From contig OU015569.1 of assembly GCA_907165135.1 (NCBI GenBank), forward strand, positions 8,742,001 through 8,806,000: a DNA stretch of 64,000 bases. The letters are read 5' to 3'. The stretch is from Oikopleura dioica (Eukaryota > Animalia > Chordata). The position numbers and the translations under genes were made by a program. Shown here piece by piece: positions 11,801-24,357 of this stretch (position 1 is its first letter; each line of letters begins with the position of its first letter). The notes beneath the pieces are model-generated. The model did not search any database. It worked only from the letters and a program-made list of their open reading frames with translations, and had not been told where the DNA came from.

Positions 11801-14800
11801 AACTTATTCTTGGGCTACAACGCCAGTCGTAAATATCGAAAACGATATCGTTGCAAGCACTATCGGCGGCGATAACCGGGTGACCTTTTCTGCGAATGTG
11901 CCCGACATGAACAGCTGCAATAGCCGAGTTACTGCCTTCTACGGACCTTATTCTGGAAACTACAACTCTCATGGCTCGAACTGGTATAAATGGAACATCG
12001 ACCCAGCTGGAGCTTTAGACACCGCCGAGTCATACGAGCTCCGAGTTAACCTTCAGAACATTGGTGATGCCTACTACACCGACTACGTTGTTGAATCAGA
12101 TGAAAACGATGTTGTAACGAGCTATCAGGTTGACGGAAATACCGCCACAACTTTTGGTGCTCATGTTGATTCGATCAATTTGGACAGGTTCTCCCGTAAC
12201 GGTGATGTTGATCTCGTTATTAATGGCCAGGGCTTTGTCTCGTCTACTCGTGGTGATGATCAAATCAGCATCCGAGGCGACTTTACTGCCAACTGCAAGT
12301 CAACTTCACACAGCTACACCGAAGTTTCTTGCCGCCTTGACAAAATTGCTCAGAATACTGTCGATTATTCATTCACGATTTACGTTAATGAGTTCGATAC
12401 AGGATTCACCGTTCAGACTCGATCTGGTCAAACTCCTTCCGTCAACAGCGCGGATAGGTCAACTGTTTCCGCCGACTCCAATGTGATCACTTTCAATGGA
12501 GCAAATCTCGACGGCTTAACTGTCTACGCTGGTGATTTCGAGGCTGCCGTTTCCGCTAGCGGAAATACTGCAACTGCTACTTTCAATGGCGTTCAAGGTG
12601 GACGATATCCACTCCGATTCCATGCCACTACTGGAGGTGTCACCGTTGCTGATGGGCTCGATACAATTACAGTCGAATACTCCGCATCCGCGATCAGCCC
12701 TTCATCAGGTGGTCTTAATGGTGGTACTCTTGTCACCGTTACTGGCTTTGGTTTTGATAAAGACTCAGTCGTTGAAGTTTATGCTTCAAACGGTGAACGA
12801 CTTTGCGAATTCTGTCGAATCAAGGAAGTCGTCGATACAACAACTCTCGTTTTCTACTCGCCACGAGTAGTTTCTGCTGACACTGCTAAAGTAGTTATCA
12901 AGCATGAGTACTTGTCATCTGATACTGAATACTCTTTCGATTTTGTTTATTCTGCCAGCTCTGGTTCAATCGACAGTGCATCTGGAACAACATCTGCTCT
13001 TATCGGTGGCGAGACTATCACTCTCGCTGTTATCAACGAAGGATCTTGCGCGAATATGGCTATTGAAATCGTGCAGACTTCTAATCCCTGTGCTGTTGGA
13101 GCTCACGAATGTGCTGATTCTGCTACTTGTCATCCAACTGCTGATGGTCTCGATTACACATGTACTTGTGACGAATGCAGCTGGTGCGATGAATCTGACT
13201 ACTGGCATTACTACGGATCTGGCCGTGACTGCTTTAGATTTATTCGTCGAGGCCTGGCTTTCAAAGCTGACGCCGAAGCTGAATGCGAAGCTCAATATGG
13301 CGAAACCATGTATAGAATCGATTCTCAATATGACGAAGATAACCTGAAGGCTATTTACCAGACTGGAGGACCTGAAGGAAGCGACGGAACAGCTAGCCGA
13401 GGTACCTACGCGATGTGGTACGGTGAAGTGAAATGCTTCCGTGGTGAAATTGATGAAAACGGCGTTTTCGGATTCGTCTTCCCAGAAGGTGATTGCGATA
13501 GCTGGGGTAGTAGCGGCGATCAGTTCAAGAAGCGAGTCTGGTGTCGACGATACCATAACAGAAACTGTTTCAACAATGATCTTGATATGGGCCGATATAC
13601 TTACAAGGGCTGGCTTAGCAAATCTTTCACTGGAAAAGAGTGCTCAAGCTGGGAACCAACCTCGTGGTTCAGTGACTATGATCACAACCCTCATTATTTG
13701 AGAAAAGGAAATTTGTGTCGAAACTTATGGGATGATGATGATGGTATTTTCTGTGCTATGGATGAAAATTGGGATTGGAAAGACCCAGAACGATTCGCCA
13801 GAGAGAGCTGTGGTATTCCAACTTGCCAAGAGCTCGAAGCTGGAGCTAAGCGATTTGCTTGTGCTATTAGGCCATTCCTACCAGGATTGCCTGATGAATA
13901 CGTTTACATGTATTCGGATAGTCCCGATAATATAAGAAACGATACTTTCGTTCGAGACAAAAACTGCTACATTGGCGGAAGAAACGACAACCGACTTCAT
14001 AATCCCCACAGATGCTACTATGACAGTCGTTTCCCTGATCAATGGCGAATCAACACAGTCGCACCTGGTGTCCACACCGTCGAGTTTGTTCGACATGACG
14101 ATAGTTCAAAATATCTTGCGATAAATATGGCTGCCTCTTCTGATTCATACAGAGTTGTTCTCGTTTCAGACCCTAACGATCCAAATGCGCAGCTTAGCGT
14201 TGTCGATGATGTTTTTGCTCCTGGAACCGTTTCAATTCGACAGGGTGAATACTTCCTTCACTCCGGAAGAGGATCGGCCTGGATGAAACCAGTTCATCAA
14301 AATGAAATCGGTGACCTTGATGATGTCCAAGAACTTGCGTTTGTTCTCGAATGTCCTAACGACGATCTTGGAAATCTCATTGATCAACCGAAAGCTCCAT
14401 TTATGGTCAAAGAAACCCTTACTCCATCATGCTCCGCAGGTTCTGTTACTTTCGATGCTCCTTCTCTTCCAGCGGGTAGTTACAAAGCTGTTCTACGATC
14501 AAGCGAGTATGGCCAAGCAGAAAATGTCATTGATCTCGATTATGCACTCACTGTAGACTCTGCTTCACCAAGTACTATCGGTACAAATGGTGGTCAGTTG
14601 CTTACGTTGACTGGGTCTGGATTCAGCGAAATGGTCACAGGCGTTCTTTGCGAAGAGGACCTTACTTTTGTGAGCTTCACCGAAGCCACCGGTAGTGATG
14701 CTGAGGAAATAGTTTTTGCTGTCCCACCAATTAATCCTGACAACTGTGGAAGCGGTCTCGTACTTGAAGCCATTGACGGTTCTGATGGATCTGATATCTC

Positions 14801-17800
14801 TACTGACTCACGACGACGACGTAGACAAATCTTTGATGAAGGCATTACTGTTACAGAAGACGCAAATCCATCATTTACAATGGTTGAACCTAAGATCGGT
14901 GGAACTATGGGAGGCACTTCTTTGACAATTACTGGTTCCAATTTCGGCTCAACTCTTGAAGGCGTCACTGTCACTTTCTTTGAGGAAGTTGCCTGCGATG
15001 TTCAGTCTGTCACTGATACACAGATTATTTGCGTGACAAATCCCTTCCCCAAAGGAAAAGAACAAGTTCCTACTGCACCAGTCATCTTTATTCCCGGCGG
15101 AGCTGGTATTGCGACAGAATCTCCACTTGAGGAGAAGGATACTAAATTCTGGTACATGGATAGATGGTCTAGCCCATACACTTGGGGCTGTACCGATGAA
15201 TCTTGCAAACCTCAAGCTGGTGAAATCATTGTCGTTCCAGCTGGCCAGGTTCTTCTTCTTGATGAGACTACTCCTCTTCTTGCCGTTCTGGTTATTGATG
15301 GAGGTACTCTCATTTGGGACAGAAAAGACGGTATTGAGCTTCACATGCAGTATGGTGTTGTCAATAATGGAGGACACTTTGAAATTGGTAATGAAGATGA
15401 GCCTTTCTGCGAAGGAAACGCTCTTATCAAGCTTTACGGTCATCAACGTAGCATCAATCTTCCAATTTATGGTGCTAAAGTATTGGCAATCAGATTCGGT
15501 ACTATTTCAATCTTTGGCTGCCCTAAGACAACCACATGGACTGAACTGGCGAACACGGTTGAAGCTGGCGCAACAGAGATTACTCTCACTCACCCAATTA
15601 AGGATGATTGGTTTGTCGGAAATGAAATCGTCATTGCTGCGACTGGCGATCTCACTAACTTCCACCGATCCGAAAAGAGACAAATCGCTGCTGTTTCTGA
15701 TGATGGATACACTGTTACTCTTGCAGAAGCTCTCGAACATCGACATATTGCTGTATGCACTAATGGCCCTGATGACAACGGCCTTGGATGGGGATGGGCT
15801 GGAGAGATATGCACTCGCGCGGAGGTTGGTCTTCTGACAAGAAATGTGAAGATGATGGGTAATATAAATAACGAATGGACTGAAGAGCTTCCCGAATGCA
15901 AGCTTGGTCCCGGAACAGCTTTTGGTACCCAAACTTGCTTCCAAAACAGATATGGCCACGAAACAGGTTCCGACCAATTTGGATCAGTTCTTTTCCTCCA
16001 CAAGCCAGCATATGCTCATATTGCCTACTTTGAAGTGACTCACGCTGGTCAGGCTTTCAATCTCGCTCGATACCCAATCCATTTCCACACTCCTGGATCT
16101 ATGCCTACTTCATACGTGCGAGGTTGTGCTATTCACAACACTTTCAACCGAGCCCTCACTCTCCATGGTATCCACGATATCGTTGTTGAGCATAATGTCA
16201 TTTTCAACGTTATGGGTCTTGCTTTCTTCCTCGAAGATGCTGTCGAAGAAAATAATATCCTTAGATACAACTTGGGTATCATGAACAAAAAGTCATCCTC
16301 ACTCTTGAACGTCGATTCTACTCCATCCGTTTTCTGGATCACGAACCCGAACAATATTTTCTACGGTAACCGTGTTGCTGGCAGCTCCCACTTTGGTTAC
16401 TGGTTTAATCCGCCAGAGGATGGACCAACTGGGCCTTCCTCTAAGGATCCACAATATGATTGGGTTTGCCCCAAGAACCGACCACTCGGACAGTTCTACA
16501 ATAACACCGCTCACTCTCTTGGTAAATATGGTATGTGGATCTTCGTTGATCTTACTCCAACACAAAGTGGTGAGTGCGGAGATGGAATTCCGAAAGCGAA
16601 TAAGTTCGGATGGAAGCCTGAAATTGACGTCGAAGGAAACCCAGTTCCCGAGGATACGTTTGGCTTCTTTGCCTGGCATTGTGAGCGTGGTGCTGAAATC
16701 GCTACTGGAGGCGCACTGCAGTTCCATAACATGATTGTCGCGAATAACTGGATTGCCGGTCTTGCCGGTAAAGAGTCCTTCCTCCACACATATGCTGATG
16801 GAGAAAATGATGACCAAGCTCAGCTCTTTAAGCATAATATCGTTATTGGTCACTTGTCCGGCGATCCTGAGTTGGACGCGTGTGGAGACATGGGTATTGA
16901 AACTCCATGGAAATTCTTTTCATTTACCGTTGACGATATCCATTTCTTCAACTTTGATGAACCAACACCAGACCTTTCTTCTGTCGGTGATCCTTCAAAC
17001 TTCGGAATGGCTTCTGAACTTGCCATTCGACGATGTGTTGCCTTCGATCCTTGCTACGGCTCAAACGCGTTCGATTGTGGTGCCATTACTTGGTTCCGAA
17101 ACACTAAGTGGTACAATTCTCAACGTAGATCAACCTTTGCTTGGGAAGGAGAAGCCGGTGTTCTTGATTTGGACGGTACCTTTGCAGGTGGTTCTCCTGG
17201 TGATTACGTTATCGCTGCGTCTGATGCCTTCGATCCAGCATTGTGCACTTTGGATACATCCGGAAAGTACGACAATGCTAACACTGATCCAAGCTGGGAC
17301 GAGCGTTCGCATCCGGCTATGAGATGCAAGGGATCTTTGGGAGAGAAAAAATTCAAGCCGCATCGATTCATGTTCAACAATGCTAAACCTGACTCGATGG
17401 AAGGAACGATGGCTGTTTTCACTAACCAGTACGGAACAACCAAGTCTGGCTTCAGAAACTGTCGACCTCGAGGTAAAGGTTGGATGGTTATGCTTCAAGG
17501 AAACGAAGAATACGAAATGCACTTCGAGCAACACGAGCATATTTCCAACATCTCGTTCACTGGAGATATTGACGATTTCGAACAAGGAGAATGGCTTACT
17601 ATCCGTCATGACTTCCCAGAACTCATCGATTTTGCTGAAATGATCGGGGCTTCTGATGCTGAACCCGAAAAAATTGATGAATGGCCAGAAGATCCTCTTA
17701 CTCTCAACGCATACGACTACAACGTTCAGAACGAGTCTGCTCCATTCACAGTTCGATACACATTTAACGGTCAGGCTAATACTGAGAATCCTCAAGTCCA

Positions 17801-20800
17801 AGAAGGTGCCTTCACTTGGGGTGAGAATTTCTACGTCCAGCCCTCTTTCCACAAATGCTTCTTCAAAGATTGCATTCCACCACCACCAGCTCCACCAACT
17901 TTGGTAAGTTTTAATAAGTTTTACCTGACATTCACTTATTCCGCCAATTAAGCCTCCAGCACTTGTTGATTGCGCTTTCCTCGACTGCTTGGGTGGCGAA
18001 CTTCCAGCTGAGTTTAATGATGTTCATATTGCTGCAGGACAAAGAGCCATTATTGATGCAGCTGCAATCTCTGCTGCTAACGGTCACTTTAAATTTGCCT
18101 CAGTCTTCGTTGACGGTACTCTCGAGCTTCCAGGATCTTCTCTTGAAGCTGGATCTACTTGCTTAATTGAAGCTGATCACCTTGTTGTCAACACTGGCCA
18201 GGGTGAGAATAAAGAAAACCTCAGTAGCCGAAGACGACGAGACGTTGTTCACATTGCTAATGGCAATATCGTCATTGGTACTGCTGACGATCCGATCCCA
18301 TGCGGAACAAAGGTCATCCTGAAGATCAACGGGGACGAGTATTCGCCATCCTTCGGCGCTATGCCTGGATCAGTTCCAATTGGTGCTAAGGCCCTAGGTG
18401 GTATCGGTGGTATTGAAATGCATGGTTGCGAGTTGACTCACACCTGGACCACACTTACGAATACTGTCAATGCTGGTGATAGCGAGATCACTGTCGACGA
18501 CGACGTCAGTTCTGAATGGAAGGTTGGCGACGAGCTTGCTATTGCAACTTCTGACTACGAGCAAAGACATACTGAGTACGTTTCTATCACTGCCATCAGC
18601 GGACAGACACTTACTTTGAATACAACTTTCTCCTGGACTCATTTGGGTTCTGCTGACTCTACTATAACCGCTCTTGGACGAACAGTAAGCCAAGCCGCTG
18701 AAGTTGCTTTGTTGACCAGAAACATTGTTGTCGACGGTTCAGGCGGCGCTGATGGAAAGATGGGAGGTCGAATTTTGGTGAGCAACTACATGGAAACTAA
18801 TGGCGTCCATACCTACTACAGAAATGGCTATGGTCAGTTCAGTTTTGTCGAGTTCAAAGCTATGGGTCAATACGGCTACTCCGAATATGATGATCTTCGA
18901 GCTGGTATCCTTTTCTATAATGTTGATGGTGATGGCGATGCTGACTCAGGATTGAAGAATTCCTATGTCAAGGGATGTGCCTTCCACGCTGGTTTCCACT
19001 CCGCTATCGCTGTTATGTTTGAATCTAACAACATTGAGGTCTCCAACAACGTCATCTTTGGAACTGTTGACTCTGCTATCGTCACAGACTCAAGTGGAGT
19101 AACCATCGATGGAAACGTCATTGGTAACGTTTTCCACCAACAGCTCTATCAAAATTATTTCGAAACGACTGTCAACGCCAATTTCGCTGATGACAAAACG
19201 CCTTCTGGTATTGAGACGATGGGTACTACGGATGTTCTCATCACAAATAACAGAGTCTCTGGTGTTGATGGTTCATGCTTTGGCGGTAATGGCGAGCTTT
19301 GCAACGAACTTGAAGCTAACTCTGGTGATCATGTTGCTGGATCCTGGACTGGAAACCATGGTAAAGGTTGCGTACGTGGATACTACGTCCTATGGGGTGG
19401 TCACAGCGCCTGTACTAAGATTTCGGGTTTCACTTTCCACAAAACTCTTTTCTATGGTGTTACGGCTCAAACGTCTTCTGCTCATCTAGTTATTGACGAT
19501 GTTATCATCCAAGATGCACCAGTTGGTATCTACGCTATCATGACTGGACCTGACGCAACTATGCACTCTGCTATGAACAAGGATGTTACCATCAAGAACT
19601 CTTACATTGTTGGACGATCCGATAGCTATGATTGTACTTATGATACTGACGTGAAGGCTAATGTTTACTCTGCCTCGCCAATGGCCCGGCAGTCTTCTCT
19701 TGTTCAAGTGAAGACAACTCACACTGCTCTCCAGCCTACTGATTTCATCATCAAGAAAAATGGATTCCCTGCTTGCGAGTGGTGGGCTAACGAAATCGAG
19801 CCCGCTCTGTACGGTAACACTCTGATTTACAATACAGAGTTCGTCAATTTCCAGGGCAAATGTGGCGATAAAGACTCTCTCTCCATTTCCAACAAGAAAA
19901 TGAGCGATCACGTTTTCCCAATCACTTATGTTAGTGGAAACGTTAAGACCAATGTTAACGACGATTATATCGCAGTTAACCGAAGACCACAAGTGAAGAC
20001 AGTTAATATTGCCGACTGCGTCGATCTGTTCTGTGACGGCTACAAGTTTAACACGATCGTTGATAAAGAAGGCTCTATTCTTGGATCTGCTGGAACGCTG
20101 ATTGCTGAGTCTGAGTTCGAATGGAATGGATTTACTCGAGTCCAACCGGATGGATCGTCTCTCACATACGTCCAAACACAGGATGGTCTTGGTGACTATC
20201 GAATCCCGAATCCTATGATGACTCGCATGGATGGCTCAAAGATCCCTATTAATGAAGTTAGAACAGACGTCGGTGCGGTTCGCAATGGAAACTGCGTCTG
20301 GAAAAAGGGATTCCCCGGCTGGTTCTGTCCCGATATTGAGTACCAAGACTTGATTTTCGAATCTATGGACGAAGACCACATGCGACGACGACTTTCACCT
20401 GTTGCTATTCGATCCGAAGGTTATGTCACCATTGCTAATGGTCCAGGAGATCACTCTTGCTGCATTGGTTACGCTTGTTTTGTTCGATTGTCAACTTTCC
20501 ATTTGCCAGCAGCATGTGGAAAGGACTTTGAAGTCTATCTTTCATCGACTACTCCTATGAATGCCCGATGGCATTTGCCCAATGCTCCAGAAGACTGCAA
20601 GATCAAGGTTTCGTTCTATACAAAGCGACCTAACCGAATCGACATCAAACAAGATGGTGCATACATGGTTCCAACTAATGGCGCTGTCCAGGATGACGGC
20701 TCCATCGCTTGGCAGAAGCCTGATCTGATTGAACATATGGTCGGAGTTGATTCTCACCAGCCTGGTGCTAACTTCCAGGAGCAAAACAACCAAATGTTCC

Positions 20801-23418
20801 ATGTCATCATTGGCGGTGGTAAAGTTTACGACATGATAACGGTTCAAACGCTTGTTCTCGAACTTGGCATGATGACTGAGTTGAGTGATGATGACTTCTA
20901 TGATAACGGAAATCTCGCCAACAATCTCGCTGCTCTTCTCGGCATTGATCCATCCAAGATTAAGGTGATGAATGTCATTTCTGAAGATTCTCGAAGAAGA
21001 CGTAAGAGACGAGAAGAAGCTGGATTCCTTGGATTCTCTCTCGCTGGATTCCGTTTCCGACGTGAAGCTGCCGAGTCAACTCTTCAGATTGAAATTTCAC
21101 CTGAAGAGACTGAAAGTGGTGCTGCCAAGCTTTCTGATCTTGCCGAAGAAGTCGTTGCAAAGGCTGCAGACGTCGCTGCTGCAGGTAAATTCACACAACT
21201 AACATAACATTGTTCAATCTGTAATTTTAAATTTTGATTAAATTATTTTATTTATTGAAGAGAATTAAAATTTATATCTTAGTTGCTGATGCTACTGGCG
21301 CAGAAGTCGAAGCCGAAATCGCTGTCGCGCGACCTCCTCCTCAACCAGGCTAGGGTCTTAATTTAGGCACAATATTGAATATTTCTCACGGCACGTTTTT
21401 TTCCGAACGTTACAGCGCTGACGTGGGTTTGACGGAAAAATGTGTTCGATGTTTGCAAAAAATAGACCCCTGAACTAGCAACACCACCTCCAGCTGTTCC
21501 ACTTACTGAACTTCTTGGTATGAGAGAAATCACACCCGAAGATGACGTAGAAGAATTCCTCAAGGAGGTCGAGGAAACTCTTGGATCACCACTTTCGGAG
21601 CTCAAGACTGCTGAAGAGACTGCTAATGAGGCACAAGAACTTGTTGATGCTGCCAACGAGCCCATCATCTACGATACACCAACACGAATGGAATTCTCTC
21701 ACCAACCTTCTGGACCTCAAATTCTCAATCAGAAGTTCTTCGACGTATTCCAGATCATTATGTACGATCAAAATGACCAAGTGATGACAACTGTTGGTTT
21801 TGTTGACAATCCGGTGAAACTGAAGGCTGAAATCGTCGATCCAGTCCTTACCGGACCTAATGTCGCATCCCCCGATGGTACTACTCGAGTTGAATTCACT
21901 CCTGGTTCCGGTATCGCCACTTTTGATAATTTGATTATCACTGGCGACGTTACATCCGCCAAGATCAAATACTCCATTGCTTCTCCAGCAGATTACGTTG
22001 GCACTGTCGATGCAATCATTTCTGAGGTCATCACTTTCATTCCACCACAGCCTGAAGGCGAGTGCGTTGCCGATGAAGGAAATCCATTCGACAAAAAGGA
22101 ATCGTGGACTGAAACTTGCGACTTTGTCTGTCTTTCACCTTGCTCTGATCTTTCTAGCGTTGGCGGTGGCGTCGGTGGACCCGAATGCGCGGATGTCGCT
22201 AACTGCGAAGGAACTGGGGATATGCCAACTTACTCTACTTGCGACGCGGATGTCGGATGCAAGTGCAACATGACTTTAGTTCCAGCACAAACTGAAATCA
22301 ACCCTGAAGACTTTGTCTACGCTGAGTGCAACTCTGGCTCCCTTGAAGTTCGCATCAACAAGTGTGTCATGAATCGATTCGGTTTCACTCTCAGCGATCT
22401 TTACATTGCTGGTCCAGAAAAAACTGATGATTTCTCCACTCTGGCTACTTCATCGTCCAACAACTGCCGCGGTAAGATCGGATATCAAAACGGTGCTGAA
22501 TACGTCTTCTCGATCGATCGAAACTTCGGCGACTGTGGAACCGTGATTGAGGCTAATGGCACTCACAACACTTACAGTAATGCTATTCAAGGATCAGCTG
22601 GTATCGATAATGGAGTCATTAAACGAATGGTAATGAAATGAGCCTAAAACTGATACATAAATTATATTTAGCGAAACCTCTTTACGAGCTTCACATGCGT
22701 CTACGAGATCGATATTTCCGTCTCAATCGGTATCGGTGCAGTTCAAGCTACTTCATTGGAGATCGCTCTCGGTGAAAATACGGGAACATTCGATGTTACA
22801 ATGGCACCATACACTGATTCGTCGTACTCTGTGGTTTCAAGCGAGACTGACACTGTAACCATTCCAGAGGATGTCTTTATCGGCCTTGCCCTTACAGATG
22901 CCGGTTCTGAATTTGTTACTTACGCTAAAGATTGTTGGGTGACTGCTACAAACGACCCCGATGATACTGACATGTTTGACTTGATCATTGATGGATGTGT
23001 CAACCCTGACGTAAGATTAAGCTAATTTTAATTTATCTAACAATATTTCACAGGATCCGGATAACATCGCAGTGATTGAAAACGGTGCATCCTCTCAATC
23101 TCGTTTCTCCTTTGCTGCCTTCCAATTTGTCGGACTCGAAGCGAACGAGCTCTACGCTCACTGTGCCGTCCAGATCTGCTCGCCAGACAACATGAGTGAT
23201 TGCACACCATCTTGCGGAAGTCGACGCAGACGGTAAGCTAATCTTTAAAAGTTAAGTTGATCATTTCTTGCTTCAGATCTGCTCGAGAACGACGAGACAC
23301 TGGTGATATCATCACAACAAGCATCCAGGTGTCCGCCGTCCAATGCGAGCGCGACTGTCCTGCCGATGATCTGATCTGCCGACAACCATGCGTTCAGACT
23401 ACCATATACAGAGGATAA
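5823..23418 (+). CDS. PKHD1L1: Giant fibrocystin-L (PKHD1L1)-like protein with CysD, PAN, kringle x2, PA14, IPT/TIG, EGF, CTL-like, G8 x2, beta-helix and a C-terminal ZP module; 5' exon(s) not located
   Basis: Exons 5823-5882, 5920-5970, 6015-6102, 6152-17903, 17953-21184, 21283-21348, 21479-22629, 22672-23010, 23054-23232 and 23277-23418 join in frame (5,686 codons including the stop, plus a missing N-terminus). IPT motifs (PQIDSINPQMGSVEGGTLITITGSGF), G8 (RWSSPYTWG..GQVLLLDETTPLLAVLVIDGGTLIWD), beta-helix motifs typical of PKHD1L1 (GQAFNLARYPIHFH, GCAIHNTFNRALTLHG), ZP-N/ZP-C cysteine pattern. The symbol denotes homology; orthology is untested. Confidence 0.95.
6884..7175 (+). other. Mucin CysD (WxxW) domain within the giant protein
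   Basis: YWTSWYDVDTD..D..E....C.NPLGIEA...TGLPF....GFKC....Q....CPDVKIRYKC matches the WxxW/CysD pattern of MUC2/MUC5AC/CILP. Confidence 0.8.
22321..23300 (+). other. Zona pellucida (ZP-N + ZP-C) module followed by a consensus furin cleavage site
   Basis: AECNSGSLEVRINKC...C.G....FSIDRNFGDCGTV...FTCVY (ZP-N); GTFDVTMAPYTDSSY..DCWVT..DLIIDGC..SRFSFAAFQF..LYAHCAVQIC..CTPSC (ZP-C); then GSRRRRSARERR. No hydrophobic TM segment before the stop. Confidence 0.9.
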
Positions 23419-23553
23419 TAATCAACTTTGATTTAACCTGTTCTCTATTGCGAGCTCCATGCTCAAATAACTAACGGGTACAATCCCGTCCTTTCCCCGT
23501 TCTGTATTTCATCTGCATAGACATGCAATTTCCCCATTTATTTATTTGCGCCA

Positions 23554-23559
23554 AATAAA
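23554..23559 (+). terminator. Candidate polyadenylation signal of the giant gene
   Basis: AATAAA ~135 nt after the stop, in the short gap before the convergent neighbour. Confidence 0.4.
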
Positions 23560-23654
23560 CTATCCAAACAAAAAATATTCATGGCTTAAGTTTATTACAA
23601 AAAAAAGAAATCAGTATAGTTTCCTCCAACTTTACTGTATATATTAAAACGTGT

Positions 23655-24357
23655 TCAAAGCGATTGAAGTGCAGCTTTGTGTTCATTCCAGTGCTTTGTT
23701 AGTTTCTTTCTCCACTTGGCCATTTTTTGTTGCTGACGCTTGTGCTTCTTATTTCCTCGGCAAGCAGCAACATGCGCGTCTGCCCAACGTCGAAATCGCG
23801 TGGTCACCTTTTTAAAACATATTTTTTCAATCATAACATAATGCGATCTACCTGTTTGATGGCCAACGAAATGTCGTATCGATTAGTCTTCTCGACACTC
23901 AGGACAGACTCAAAGAATGGTCTCGCTACTTCTCTACGCCGCCGACGGTTTCCTTCTTTTGCGCCGTTTCGTTCTTGGATAAGATCGCATCTGAAAACGA
24001 GCGTGTTTAAAATTTAAACTTTAAATATTCAAAATTACCTATGTCGGGTTCGCTTGTAAGTTGCAAGCAAATTGTCCGCGTTTCTCTTAAATTTTGCCTC
24101 CCAGTCTTCATGTTTTCGCAAATAAGGGGCCATTTCTCCGAGCTAAAATTAAAATGAGATAAATCATGGCATATAATCTATATCTTTTGTTAAAGACTGT
24201 TGCAAAAGCTAAACTTAAAAAATTAAATAATAATTGTGTCTACCAAGCTTGTTGTCTGCCTGACGATATGACGAAGGTGCTTTTCCGGATCTCGAGTTTT
24301 TTCCTTCTTGCCGGCTTGTCCCACAGCTAGAACTGCAAGAAAACTGTGAATTTTCAT
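23655..24357 (-). CDS. Small basic secreted protein with an RRRRR site (4 exons)
   Basis: MKIHSFLAVLAVGQAG (signal peptide) KKEKTRDPEKHLRHIVRQTTSL|LGEMAPYLRKHEDWEAKFKRNADNLLATYKRTRHR|CDLIQERNGAKEGNRRRRREVARPFFESVLSVEKTNRYDISLAIKQ|VTTRFRRWADAHVAACRGNKKHKRQQQKMAKWRKKLTKHWNEHKAALQSL*. Three GT-AG introns keep the frame. Confidence 0.75.

Noticed and set aside
6219-21780. Dozens of antisense and alternate-frame ORFs (e.g. 12966-13556, 17130-17852, 19486-20175) overlapping the giant gene
   Set aside because: Shadow ORFs caused by the biased codon usage of the real frame; none has recognisable motifs.
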